A stretch of 63,931 bases of DNA, the filler included, from Octopus bimaculoides (Eukaryota): assembly GCF_001194135.2 (NCBI RefSeq). It is 8 parts of 7 records of this genome, joined end to end, with 100 filler letters (N's around TTAATTAATTAA, not from the genome) between each part and the next. Parts side by side here need not be neighbours in the genome. Positions count along the whole stretch, not along the records: positions 32,475 to 58,798 come from NC_068987.1; 7 more parts are not named here. The stretch is one strand, 5' to 3'. The first letter of the stretch is position 1, and every line of letters begins with the position of its first letter. The notes under the pieces were generated by a model. It made no database searches, was not told the DNA's origin, and saw nothing but the letters and a program-made list of their open reading frames with translations. This document shows, one piece after another, positions 36,843-50,084 of the stretch. The position numbers and the translations under genes were made by a program.

Positions 36843-38123
36843 AAAGAGAAGGGTGGCCACTCTAGCCCGGCAATGAGCCGAGAGGAAGCTTTCCCTAAAA
36901 GGTCGGGCGGAGGTGGCGAACACGTACATCGCGTCCGTCATCTACTACCGCCGGACCGTCGTTCTTTGTCCCGACCCTACCATCACCAGACTGGAGCGCA
37001 TCCTCTTCCGCTTCTTAGGGAAAGGAAGCGTTCCGATGGTTAGGCTATCCGTTTGCTGCCAACACCCCTTAAAAGGAGGAATGGGCATGCCGTGGTTGAT
37101 GATGCGCAGACACGCGCTGAGACTACGACATCTCCGGATCTACGTAGACAACAGTGAGCAGGTGTGGTCGCCGTTTGTGCGGCGCGCTTTCCCGCAGCTC
37201 GTCTCCATGACCGAACTGCAGTCGTGGATCAAGAAGAGGCCGAGGAAGGACGAATGGCACCGCGAGTGTCGCGCTGCTCTTCGGCAACTCCAACAACCCG
37301 GGTCAACCTTGAGCGACTGCATCACAACTAACGCATTCTATAGTGGATTAGTGGAGGGAAGGTACGACGACGCACTCGTACAATGTCCCACCATTTCCGA
37401 GCTGTGGGCTTACGTCGAACAACTGCTATCGCGTGTGGGACGAGTCGGTCTATCAGCCGAGTCTATCGTGAATATTTTCGCGCCTCCTTCTTTTAAACGG
37501 GAAGGAAGAGCTATTTTCATCGTATTTGTGGCTATGGCGAAAGAATGTGTATGGTGGACGCATCTGAAAGGTCTAGAGACAAAGACTTTCCTCTCTGGGC
37601 AATCTCTCATCAACTTCTTCAAGTATCATCTGAAGAGTAAGGTGAGAGTAGAAAGGGAAGTCTTGTCTAGTGAATGGTTCAAAAAGAGATGGGTGAATGT
37701 AGCAAGGATGGCACGTGTGAATGACGGAGCCACCTTGAACATAACACTATAAAGGAGTAAAAAAAATCCAGACAAAAAAAAAAGGCAAAAGAGTGTCACT
37801 TACTGTTATAGTTTCTGTAATGACAATATTGACCAAAGTTACCGTGGTCTTTTCCGTATGCTTTTCTTTCCACGGCTAAACCTAAACTGTCCTCCCCTCT
37901 TTTTATACGAGAACATTACTGTGATACACGATCCCTATTGATTGATCACCTTTTTTTTCTCTCGGCCCCTTTTGATCGAACTCCCTCTTTTTTCCTTCCT
38001 GCGATCCCTTTTGATCGACACCCACCCCTACTTGTTTTCTCTTCCTCCCCCCCTCCTAAAAAGAAAAGCTCTACATTGTATTCGTCCCATCTTTGTTGAG
38101 CCCTGTGTGGTTATCAAAAGAAA
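36839..38123 (+). mobile_element. 5'-truncated L1/Tx1-clade LINE: ORF2 C-terminal region (open 36913-37752) plus 3' UTR
   Basis: RVATLARQ*AERKLSLKGRAEVANTYIASVIYY (L1-type W..R.LSL.GR motif), HPLKGGMGMP, VQCPTISELW and VAMAKECVWW; pyrimidine-rich 3' UTR ending at aaaagaaat before (ATCT)n. Confidence 0.85.
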
Positions 38124-38216
38124 TGTATCTATCTATCTATCTATCTATCCACCTGCCTGTCTGTCTGTCTGTGTATATCTATCTATCTATCTATCACTAT
38201 CTATCTATCTATCTAA

Positions 38217-38252
<36 letters not shown>

Positions 38253-39196
38253 ACACACACATACACAGGCACATATATATATCTATACCCATACAAGTGT
38301 GTATGTGTGTGTCTGTCTCTCTGTCTATCTTCCTTCCTGTCTGTTAGTCTGCCATCACTTGACAAGACAACTAATAATGATTCGCTTACGTTGCTGAACT
38401 AGAGTTGTTTGTCAAAATCTGACGATACACTAAGTATTGCGGTCGAATGTTGCGTCCACTGAATAAAACTATAAACAGAAAGTAAAAGAACCTTAGCTAG
38501 TTTAGACAAACTTTTGGCACTTTCACTTTTCTGACGGCTTTCCAATTGAATATATCTGCTAGTACATAGAATATTTCTCGTAACGTTATTCTTTATACGA
38601 GCATTCTTCAGTTGCAATTATTGATTTAAATATGTTTGGTTTGGCTGTGATGGTACTTTTCTTACCCATATGTTCCCCAGCATAAACAAAGATTCAACTA
38701 CTTTTGAATGTGATTTAGCTTTGTGCTAGCTTGTTTTCTTCAATCCAAATCACTCGTAAAATCTTCCGAATTGCATTAAAACTGTAGAAAAGCTGCATTT
38801 TTTTTTTATTACGGTGGTTTCTTTAGTGTATGAAACATAACGTCTAGGAATTTATTTGGAGTCTGCCTATTTTTATGGGTATGGGTTTGTTCATTTCTGG
38901 CAATGTGAAGTTTTTCACATTATGTTTTTTTTTTCACACATTTTTATAATAAACATTTTGTTCTGGTTTTGCTGGTCTTATTTCGTATCATTGATTTTGG
39001 AAAGAAGTATTCTGGTGTTTTCTTAGTTGTTATTGAATCGATATCAGTGGACAATAAATGAAGCTGTAGCAGAACAAGTCATATATTTTTAAGACTGGTT
39101 CTCCTTTCATTATTGTTTTAGAAGTTATATTTATTGCGTACATGCATTGCCGAAGCCGGAGAAATACTTTTCTCCTCAGTCACTTGCAATATTTGT

Positions 39197-39230
<34 letters not shown>

Positions 39231-39371
39231 CTTTCCCTAACAAGGTACACAAGAGAGAAGTTTTGCACTGTTGCTAGATGCACAAACTGCAAGGAGAAGA
39301 ATTTCGCCAACGGCAGTAATTACATCAGTTGGTGCTACAGTTGCAGCCATAACAATATCAGTAGCACCACC

Positions 39372-39418
<47 letters not shown>

Positions 39419-39775
39419 CAACAGCAAGCAATAGAAAAGCAGATTCAGCAACAGGGATAACCAAAAACAATACACGCATCAGCAACAGCAGAGATCAATA
39501 TTGCAACTCAGAATGGTATTTCCGGTACAATCAGAATAGCAATTCCTCACCGTAATTCGTCACATATGTACAACGGCATCGTCCCTCGTCCGTCCCTCTG
39601 GCTTCATTTTTGCTCTTGAATTTGTCATTGTTCAGCATTGTACGTGTGAGACATCAGTATATCTTTTTGCTTCAATTTTTCAGCAGTTTTAAATTAAATG
39701 TTTTGCTTCTGTAAATATTGTTACTGCAGGTGCAATACATTTGCTATTTTTCTACAATTATGATTATAGAGTATT

Positions 39776-40185
39776 CTTTTCTTCTCTAGGCACAATGCCC
39801 GAAATATTGGGAGAGGGGGGAGCAGTCGATCAGATCAAACCCAGGACGCAACTGGTACTGAATTTATCGACATGGAAAGGATGAAAGGCAAATCAACCTC
39901 GGTGGAATTTGAACTCAGAACGTAAAGACAGACGAAATACTACTAAGCGTTTCGCCTAGCATAGTAACGTTTCTTATTTCTTTATTGCCCACAAGAAGCT
40001 AAACATAGAGGAGACAAACAAGGACAGACAAAGGGATTAAGTCGATTATATCGACCCTAGTGCGTAACTGGTACTTATTTAACCGACCCCGAAAGGATAA
40101 AAGGCAAAGTCGACCTCGGCGGAATTTGAACTCAGAACGTAAAGACAGACCAAATACTGCTAAGCATTTCTGCCAGCTCACCGCC
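39776..40185 (-). mobile_element. Head-to-tail SINE family B dimer (tail 1 unit then tail 2 unit) flanked by an 18-bp TSD
   Basis: ttatgattatagagtatt at 39758-39775 and 40186-40203 (perfect match); two family B bodies lie between. Confidence 0.92.
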
Positions 40186-41822
40186 TTATGATTATAGAGT
40201 ATTAAACTAACTATTTGTCCTTAGTGTATGATGATTTCAAGATGTGCCAGTTGCTATTTGGAAAAAAGTAGAAAACAGAATAAAAATAAGAGCAAGTTCT
40301 GTTCAAAGCCTGAAGTCTCAATGATACAACGGCATCCATCAATTTCCTACAAACCCAAACTCCCACAACATCATGGCAACCACAATAACGATAAAAATGA
40401 ATACCAGCCAAACTATCAAACACATCATTACAGAAAATAGCAATAGCAAAGATGCACACATAAACGAGAGTAAAAATGCAAAATGATAACAAAATTGATA
40501 ACTGCTACAGCATTATTAACTAAATCACATCACGAAGAAAAGTATTAGCAATGTTTGAAACGACTAACAGAAAAGTAATAGCAACAACCAAATATACGTA
40601 TACCCTCCTTCATCACAGTTTTTGACTTTTCGTTTCATACCAACAGCAAAAGGAGACCCACTTCTACACTAAAACCAACGGCTGCGAATGCAGCACTAAG
40701 TGCCGCGGTAATGCTACATCACAAACAACACCAGCATTGGGAACAACAGCAACAAGTACAACACCAACTATGGAAGAAACAGCAATGAAATTAAGAAGAG
40801 TAACACCACGCTGAAGTGTCGCAACATCAAAATGAACAACAGTAACTGTAAATCCCATTTAATACCTAACCAAAAGGATAATGAGCCCCTCTCCTGTACG
40901 TTGTGTGTCGCTTGCGATACATCTCGTATTTACCGTGTAGCGAAGACAGAGGAGAAGAAAGCAAATGGCAATAAATTACAAACGAGAGAATTGGGGAGGC
41001 GCACATGAACTGAAAAGACAATTGCTACCAACAATTCACCAATATAATCTCAAACAATAAATTCAACAGCAGCACTACTAACACCATCATCACCACTATA
41101 ATCAGGACCACCACAGAAACAAGCATCATCATAAACCCCCAGAAAAACACATTATATACACAAACCAAGGACAAAAACATGTTGAGTTACACACATTTGT
41201 CATCTGGATGATCTATATCAATAGACTTCGTTGGCAGGGTTCCGGAAACAGAAAGCTAAACGCGTCACTCTCGTGACGACAAGCACTGAATTAGTTAAAC
41301 GGTCGTTATCGGTAATAATCACGGAGAACAAATAATGGTTCACCCTGAGAAGATTTATTTGAGTATTATCGATAAGGTTTCGTATGACCACATAGAAAAC
41401 GAATAAAAGGGGACTTAGTTAAAACTTTAGAAGAGAGGCTTATGAAAGGCATGACAACTGACGTATTCGCAACAAGATTGATCCTCGAATGCTTCTCCAA
41501 TGCGAAGCACAAGCAGGAGTATAGAGCGTTCCCTTAGACACGAAGGGCCTTGTAGCACGAATTCGGGTTTCAGTTAATTGCATTATGAAGGGCGTTGTGC
41601 CATCATTATTTGAACAAGATTTCCTCCGCCTGGTGATTTTGTAGATAAACACCTTCTGCTTTGTTCAGATCAATTTCAAAAAAATATTATTATTATTATT
41701 ATTATTATTATTTTAAATATTATTGGTGTGGTAACCCACATAAATTGTTAGTCTCTAGCATTTGTATGCATGTTTGTCTAGTAAGAAAGGGCCAAGAGAA
41801 CTGAGAGTTATTTACAAGCCAC

Positions 41823-41872
<50 letters not shown>

Positions 41873-42539
41873 TTAATTAGAATTATATTTTAGGGAAAAA
41901 ATAATAGCAATAATTGACAAGTTGTGCGATGATAAGAATGACAAAAAGGATATAAACAAGAAGGGAGAAGTTTGCAAACAACATTAGAATCTTGGAAGTC
42001 AACAACAGCAGACATAATATAGAATAGGTTGTTAAATTAAGAATTCTAAAATATTTTGCAAATGTTTTTCTACATTTCGACATTTCTAAATTTCTTCTCT
42101 CCTACTCCACCATCATCTTACCACTCCAAATCTATTATTCCTTTCCTTCTTCTATTACCAACCTCTCGCTGACACGCACACGTACACATACACGCGCGCG
42201 CGCATTTTCTATCTCTCTCTCTCTCTCTCTCCCGCGCTCTCTCTCTCGCTCTCTCTCTTTTCATCCTTTTAGCCCGCCTCCCCCCACTTCCTTGCTACCG
42301 ATACAATTTCTCCATCTCCACGTCGTTCTTCCATCTCTATCTGTTTCTCACTAACTTCTGCAATGTTGTCGTTCACACGGATGAAATTAATTGAATTGTT
42401 CAATCATACAGAAACAGCATCAACAACAATAAAAGGACACCACCGCAACCACTAACGCCAACGCAACAGCAACAACAACAACAGCAATAACGACAAGAAA
42501 AATGACAACAGCAGCAATAAAAACAACAAAAACAACAAT

Positions 42540-42540
42540 A

Positions 42541-42601
<61 letters not shown>

Positions 42602-42840
42602 TACTACTATTCTTATTATTATTATTAATACCTCTTATAAAATATGAAAACAGAGAATTTACTTTATGTATCTACTTCACACATACTTTCACATATATAC
42701 TCACCCATGCATGTGTGTGTGTGTGAGTGTGTTGGTGTATATATGAATATAAATGTGTAAGAAATGATATGTGCGTACATATATATATATATACATACAT
42801 GTAAATATTTGTTTATACATACGTACAAACATACATAATT

Positions 42841-42909
<69 letters not shown>

Positions 42910-42930
42910 TAGATATATATATATATATAT
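42540..42930. repeat. (TTA)n and (TA)n microsatellites
   Basis: Directly visible. Confidence 0.95.
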
Positions 42931-44149
42931 ATGAGGGAAGTATATATGTGTATGCGTTTATTGTATACAATTTTCATCATATGATGTGGTAAGAGCATGT
43001 GCCCAAAATTCATATCAACTCAATTATTCGCTTAAATTAAACATTAAATACACAAATCAATGAATTTAAATATATTTTTCCTTCTCCATATATAATATAC
43101 CAATATTAAATTTACAACTCATCTCTAAGCTTTTTTATTATTTCTTATAATTTTATTCTTCTACATCAGTAACATTTTTCTTTTAATTAGTTATTTTCTG
43201 AAAGTCGTGTATTACACGGTAACGGTGGCTGGCAACGCCAGGGAAATAACATTGAAATATAACGTTCTGAAATATATCTGTATGTGTGTGTTGCAGAACG
43301 AAATAACAAGCGCAAAGGTTATGAAAAGAAGACTACAATAACTAGAGAAATTATGATGGTGTAACGTAATGCCAACTGAGAGGAACATATGTCTGGTTGT
43401 CTCAATAGTTAGAAATAGCACCCTTGTCTCTCTCAAATTGCAGACAGCCTCCTGAATGCGAAATATTTGAAATTTCCATGGATATTGGTCAGAAACCAAC
43501 TTTAGCAAGAGCATGTGAGCAGGAAGCCTTATTTCTAGAGGAATATGTTAATGATGTACGTAGATTTTAATGAAGCAACGTATTCACGGTTCTGAATGCA
43601 ATGTTTGAGAAGCTAATTTAAGAACCAGGTTGTTTTTGTTTTTTGTAAAAGCTCTCAATAATTAAATACAGATATATATGCATATATANNNNNNNNNNNN
43701 NNNNNNNNNNNNNNNNNNNNNNNNNNNNNNNNNNNNNNNNNNNNNNNNNNNNNNNNNNNNNNNNNNNNNNNNNNNNNNNNNNNNNNNNNNNNNNNNNNNN
43801 NNNNNNNNNNNNNNNNNNNNNNNNNNNNNNNNNNNNNNNNNNNNNNNNNNNNNNNNNNNNNNNNNNNNNNNNNNNNNNNNNNNNNNNNNNNNNNNNNNNN
43901 NNNNNNNNNNNNNNNNNNNNNNNNNNNNNNNNNNNNNNNNNNNNNNNNNNNNNNNNNNNNNNNNNNNNNNNNNNNNNNNNNNNNNNNNNNNNNNNNNNNN
44001 NNNNNNNNNNNNNNNNNNNNNNNNNNNNNNNNNNNNNNNNNNNNNNNNNNNNNNNNNNNNNNNNNNNNNNNNNNNNNNNNNNNNNNNNNNNNNNNNNNNN
44101 NNNNNNNNNNNNNNNNNNNNNNNTATATATATATATATATATATATATA

Positions 44150-44332
44150 TGTTTTTGTGACTGTGTTTGAACCCTCACTATCACTTTACAACCGATGCTG
44201 GTGTGTTTATATCGCCGCAATCTAGCGGGGCTCCAGCGTGACCGCAGTCAAATGACAGGAGAAAACAGAAGAATAGAAGATATATTACGTACATGCATAC
44301 ATACATATATACATACATACACACACACACAC

Positions 44333-44373
<41 letters not shown>

Positions 44374-44627
44374 CGTGTGTGTGTGGTATATGTATGTGTG
44401 TATGTATGTATGTATATATGTATATATGTACGTATAAATGCATGAATGTACGCATGTGTGTATATGTGTGTGAGAGTATAGTGGGAAGCGTAACTGTGCG
44501 GTATGAAGTTTGCTTGGTAACCATATAGTTTCGAGTTCATTCTGACTGTGTGGCACCTTGGGAAGTATCTTTTACCATAGTCTCGGGTCGACTAAACACT
44601 TGTGAGAACATTTCGTTGAGGAAACTG
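44150..44627 (+). mobile_element. Two SINE family A pieces (3' piece 44150-44280; 5' piece 44480-44627) separated by microsatellite
   Basis: acaaccgatgctggtgtgttt..gcggggctccagcgtgaccgcagtcaaatgac; gtggcaccttgggaagtatctt..cgggtcgac. Confidence 0.75.
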
Positions 44628-44637
44628 NNNNNNNNNN

Positions 44638-44674
<37 letters not shown>

Positions 44675-44993
44675 CAGTGTATAAAGATTCATACACAGAG
44701 AGAATACCCCTGACAGCACTTAGTTACATTCTGTAAAGGGCAGTTAAATCCAAACCACGAAAAAAGGTAAATCTAATGGCACGCCGATAATGGCACTAGA
44801 ATAAATAGAAACAAAAGAATAGTTAATCCCATATTCAGTCAAATAAATTAATTTGTCATCCGTAGTTCATTAGTGGGATGACTAAAAGAATGCATAATTG
44901 CGTAGCTTTAATACGTACGAAACACACATGGGAGCTCCATCTTTATACATTTTGGACTCAAATCAAGCGCCCAGGCGAAATCGCATAGCCCAT

Positions 44994-45030
<37 letters not shown>

Positions 45031-45442
45031 NNNNNNNNNNNNNNNNNNNNNNNNNNNNNNNNNNNNNNNNNNNNNNNNNNNNNNNNNNNNNNNNNNNNNN
45101 NNNNNNNNNNNNNNNNNNNNNNNNNNNNNNNNNNNNNNNNNNNNNNNNNNNNNNNNNNNNNNNNNNNNNNNNNNNNNNNNNNNNNNNNNNNNNNNNNNNN
45201 NNNNNNNNNNNNNNNNNNNNNNNNNNNNNNNNNNNNNNNNNNNNNNNNNNNNNNNNNNNNNNNNNNNNNNNNNNNNNNNNNNNNNNNNNNNNNNNNNNNN
45301 NNNNNNNNNNNNNNNNNNNNNNNNNNNNNNNNNNNNNNNNNNNNNNNNNNNNNNNNNNNNNNNNNNNNNNNNNNNNNNNNNNNNNNNNNNNNNNNNNNNN
45401 NNNNNNNNNNNNNNNNNNNNNNNNNNNNNNNNNNNNATACAG

Positions 45443-45475
<33 letters not shown>

Positions 45476-46299
45476 CCATACACATATATCTGTTAATTGA
45501 GTGATTTGTGCAAACCGTCGTTTGGGATTAAAAATAACAGAGGATATTTAGAGTGTGTGAAACCATATAATTTATACTTTACTTCATAATATCTGAACAA
45601 ATATAATTTTGTGTATTCCATTTCCCAAACATTCGCACAACTCTCTATCTTTAATGTAGATCTGTTTTCTAGACTAGTGAGATATGTTTTCCACGGAGAG
45701 TTTGTCAGGTATATTAGCTTCATACAATGGGTTTCTTCTCTAGATTTCACGCAAACAAACAACATTTTTACGAATGATTATGCATCATATACATGTCAAC
45801 TAATATATTCTTAAATTAATACTATGCAGTTTTGGGCCTGAAAAATATTGTTGCCACATATTCACGCAGACACGCACCCCAAAATACTACATACATATAT
45901 ATATATATACACATCATGTACTCATGCATTCTCGCACATCTTAACATGTACGCGAGTGTATGAGAGTATATAACATTTATTCACCTGCACACCTTTTTTT
46001 CTGTTTATAGATTAGTTTGGACGAAATTCTACGTTTAAAGGTTCCTTGGGATCTCCGAGACTAGTGACCCTTTGCAACATGAAGGCTACTGAGAATAAAA
46101 TGGGATCAAATCGCAATACTCTTATCCTGAACATGAAAGACTCTCTCCGGTAAATAGTGCTGAAAATGCGTAACTTAATCATCACTTACAAACGAGTCTG
46201 CCCTGGCAATTTGTACCTCACGTTTGCTATATGTTTTAGGTGCCTTTGCAAATACGATTAGCCACAGTTGTACTGCCATTCATCGTCGCTTTGACTAAG

Positions 46300-46490
46300 T
46301 GAAACGTTGAAGATGTATCAGCGAGAGGAAGAGAAGGCATTGATACTAAGATAGTACTCGTTTTCAATTGAAAAGATTGCAGCACAGTGAAATACTTCAC
46401 ATTACTCAAGAACACAACGAGTCGTTCGGTGTATGAATCCACTCCAGGAGTTTGCGATTGTGCACCCAGCAGACTACTTGACTACGCGCC
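46300..46490 (-). mobile_element. Very decayed family C SINE
   Basis: gtgaaatacttcacattactcaagaacacaacg resembles the reverse family C core. Confidence 0.45.
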
Positions 46491-48708
46491 TTCTCAACAA
46501 GATAGAGGAATTGACGGAATACAGATGACGAGCCGAGTAACTTAGGAACTGTTACATGAACTTAGCTGATTCCTAATGACTGTTTCCATTGCTAAAACAA
46601 ATGTAGACTGTAAGGGATAATAACATGTCTATTGCCAGAGATATCAATGTACATCTGAGTAAAATCCTGATATTTTTAATGTGAACAATTTTGTTTAATT
46701 TGGTTAATTTTGAAATGATGAATTATTTTATGTTATTACAGAACATATAGAGAACACTTGCAGGGGAATAATGTCAATAACAAGATTAGATATATATAAT
46801 GAATGGAAATTCACATACTCATAACAGAAGGCTGGGACCTCAGATAATACTTTCCATAAACTTCATGCTCTCTTTAGGATGATTAAGGTCGTTTTGCCTG
46901 GAGTCCTCTTTTCACCATATTTACTGTCGAGGTTGACTCACTTGGTCTTTCACATTTTGCAGGCACTAACAGTCAGTAAGGTTTTACGCTCAGTAGTGTC
47001 CTTCTAGTTGCCCACTCACAAGCTAGCCGAGCCTAGACTGCTTGCCCAGATATAGTACTGAAACTATTGTCTCATAGTGACATGTTTTTCAATAAACTAG
47101 GGCATGAGTCATTCCCAGTGGTCAGACATTACGCAGGACAGGACATTGAATAGGAAATTCAAAGTGCCCCGTGCTACTTTGCTAGACAGGGTATTCGTAC
47201 TGCGGCATTTCTAGCAAGTATGACGGGCAGACTTTTTTGTTCCTGGAAGATCCCATCATGCAGTAGATTGTTACACAAGTAACACTCGTGACTGACCTAA
47301 CATAATAAGTGAATAATTTGTGTATTATTGGAGCATAAATCAATTGTGGTTGGTGCAAACAGTAAAAGTCTCTACATCGCAAGTACTCACTGAAGTCCAC
47401 TGATTTATTATTCAATTGATGTAGAAGTTGACTGCTATCAGAATGTGTAGTGATTTTACTAATAGCGTGATCCTCCCAAAAAATACATCTACATATGTTT
47501 AGACATATAGTTTTACATAAAGAATTGCGAAAAGCAAATACAAGAATACAATAAGATATCAAACTATTGAATTGTTAAACAAAGGTTTATGTGTATTTTA
47601 AGTAACAATCCACACTCTACCACAAGAGAATTGATCGAACACTCGTACTCAAATCGAATGTGTATATATGTGTGCTTGTGTTTGCTTTTCAATAGCTAAT
47701 CCGTGGTGTACAACACACACACACACACCCGTACGTGCGCACATAAATACACGCATATGTATGCGTGTATATATATATGTGTGTGATGCATATATGTGTG
47801 TGTATATACTTCTCTATGTAAGTTAGAATTCTTAGTTGTGTATATGAATATGTGAATATCCGTGTCAATAGCTAGTTTATCTGAGGTATTGTAAAAACAC
47901 AATGAAACACGTAGTACGATGTTTGATCGTGGGAAATAACAGATGGCGTTACAACAATTTAACCACTAGAGTTAGTCGTCTATACTAGAACAAACAAAAG
48001 CTAAGAATATAAAAGAAAATAATTAGAATCTTTGGAAACTTTGAAGAAGAGATCTGCCTGAAACGTCAGGAAACACTTCTCGTGTTTTACGAATGTTAAA
48101 AATATAAAACACTTGAAATTGAGTGCCTACTTAATAAAGATGTCTAAGATGTCTTTCTTATTGGATAACAACGCGCAGCTTTTTCTAGATTTTAATAGAA
48201 TATCAACATCAGGCGAGACAAATTTAATAGATTATTCCGTTCTATTTGATTGTGTAGATGGAACGAACAGTTAATCCTAGCCGCAATCATTATAGGCTTT
48301 GTAGATATTTCGGTGAAGATAATGTAGTGGCAGTTCAAATGAATATCTGTAAATAGATGTATCTTGAGAAAAGATAGAGAGGACTTGCTTTTCAGACGCA
48401 TAAATTTTAGATGGAATTCGTACTTTAATTTATTTTTTTCAAATGACGTTATTTTTCTCTTTTACTGAAGTTAATATATATATTAAAACAATACTACTTT
48501 TCTACGTACCTTTTGTGTAACGCTAAGGGACATTACTCAAATAAAACTAGAACTAAATAATTGGTAGCTATGATAGTGGTGGGAGGTAATATCATTGGTG
48601 TTGACACTGGTATTAATAATGGTGAATGGAGAACGATTCACAAAGAGAGCAAGAGCGCGAGAGGGTGTCAGATAGAGACAGAGAGACAGAGAAGCAGACA
48701 GAGAAAAA

Positions 48709-48748
<40 letters not shown>

Positions 48749-49129
48749 AGCGAGAGAGTGAGAGGCGGAAAGAGTGGAATCAATGGACGATTAGATACAA
48801 AACATGAAAGAAGAAGAGAAAGAGAAAAATTAATGTACCGGATTCTAAGGAATGAGACGTTAAAGTAAAAATTTAGGGGGAAGACAATGACGGTAATAAA
48901 CAGATTTGAACACGAAAAGGGAGGGGGTGGAAGAAAGAGGAAAGATTCCACAAAATTTTTGATCACACTGCTTCTTTATTTATGCTCTCTTTCCGTATGT
49001 CGCTTTCACTTTATCTGTGCGTTTATTTGAAGCTGATTTTTTTTTTAAATGTAACTTAATATGTGAAAATAAATGTCTCTGGTTCTTTCAAGAGGCTAGA
49101 AGGCTGATGCCGTCGACCCCAAAATGTAT

Positions 49130-49352
49130 TACAGTAATCCCTCGCCTTATCGCAGTTCACCTATCGTGGCTTATTATTCAAGCTTACGTCGATTCCTCCG
49201 CGGTGTTGTTTTGCATTTATAATAAAATAAATATATGGAAATTATGAAAATATGGTATACAGTACATTACTGTTTCTACTTCGCGGATCTTCACCTATCA
49301 CGGGGTGGGGTGTGTGGAACATAACACCTACGAGAGTCGAGGGGTTACTGTA
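49130..49352. mobile_element. Tigger/pogo-type MITE
   Basis: TA-cagtaatccctcg ... cgaggggttactg-TA: 13-bp TIRs with 1 mismatch and TA flanks. Confidence 0.85.
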
Positions 49353-50084
49353 TTTAACTGCAAGAAACAGGAATGAGAAAATATGCTTCTATCTGCGTGT
49401 GCATATTTATGACTTTTTGTTTGTGCCTCTATTTGTGCACGTCTGAATTTATGTACGAATGTTATAGTTATAGACAGATAAATGTTTAGCCAGCAAAGAA
49501 GCCAGACAGACAGACAGACAGACACACAACATAGATAAACTTTGTCAAATATCATTGAATGCACTGGCATTCTTCAAATCCAGAATATAGTAGCAAACGC
49601 TTACCCAAACCTTAGGAAGTGGAACCAGACCAAATTCATATAGTTAGGAAACCAACATTTTAACCACTTGGTTAGTGAACCAGCGATCGTTGTATAACTG
49701 AAACGTTTTTAAGAATCCACAGCTCAGTATGTCAGCTGCTATAGATTGTTAACTGAGATGGTTGTTCAAATCAAGGCATAACAAATATTTTATCCCATAT
49801 GAATATTAATATGCAATACATTGTTTTAAGGTGAATCTTACCGCTGTGATAATACGGCAGCTGATTGATAATATAAATAGATTATGTCTTTGATTTACTT
49901 ATATAGATAAGATTGCTGCATTCTTAGAACAACGTGAAAAACAATCGATACCAACTCTCGAATTTGATGACTTGACTGGTACGTAACACGAAACATAGCT
50001 TTTAGTTATGTTGTCTCTTAAGACAGCACATTCTGCACTATGCGATCGTTTACTGTATCTCAAGAATGCAATGTTTCAAGCAAT

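Noticed and set aside
39271-39555. Poly-Pro/Thr ORF, and Gln/Thr-rich frames at 40370-40810
   Set aside because: Decayed (ACC)n/(AAC)n/(AGC)n tracts with no domain, short frames and no convincing splice sites.
41341-41380. CTGAAGA-a-gat...atc-GATA motif as a hammerhead (similar case at about 38570-38612, minus strand)
   Set aside because: GAAA strand or stem III not correct; compatible with chance.
41883-42083. 66-aa hydrophobic ORF as a membrane micropeptide
   Set aside because: Hydrophobicity is expected from T-rich sequence; no family motif or expression evidence.
43297-43317. Candidate 21-nt microexon (ttgcag|aacgaaataacaagcgcaaag|gttatg)
   Set aside because: Such AG/GT pairs arise by chance; untestable without RNA-seq.
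47150-47200. RKFKVPRATLLDRV as an HTH-psq/pogo transposase start
   Set aside because: Only about 14 residues, flanked by stops, with no further transposase motifs or TIRs.
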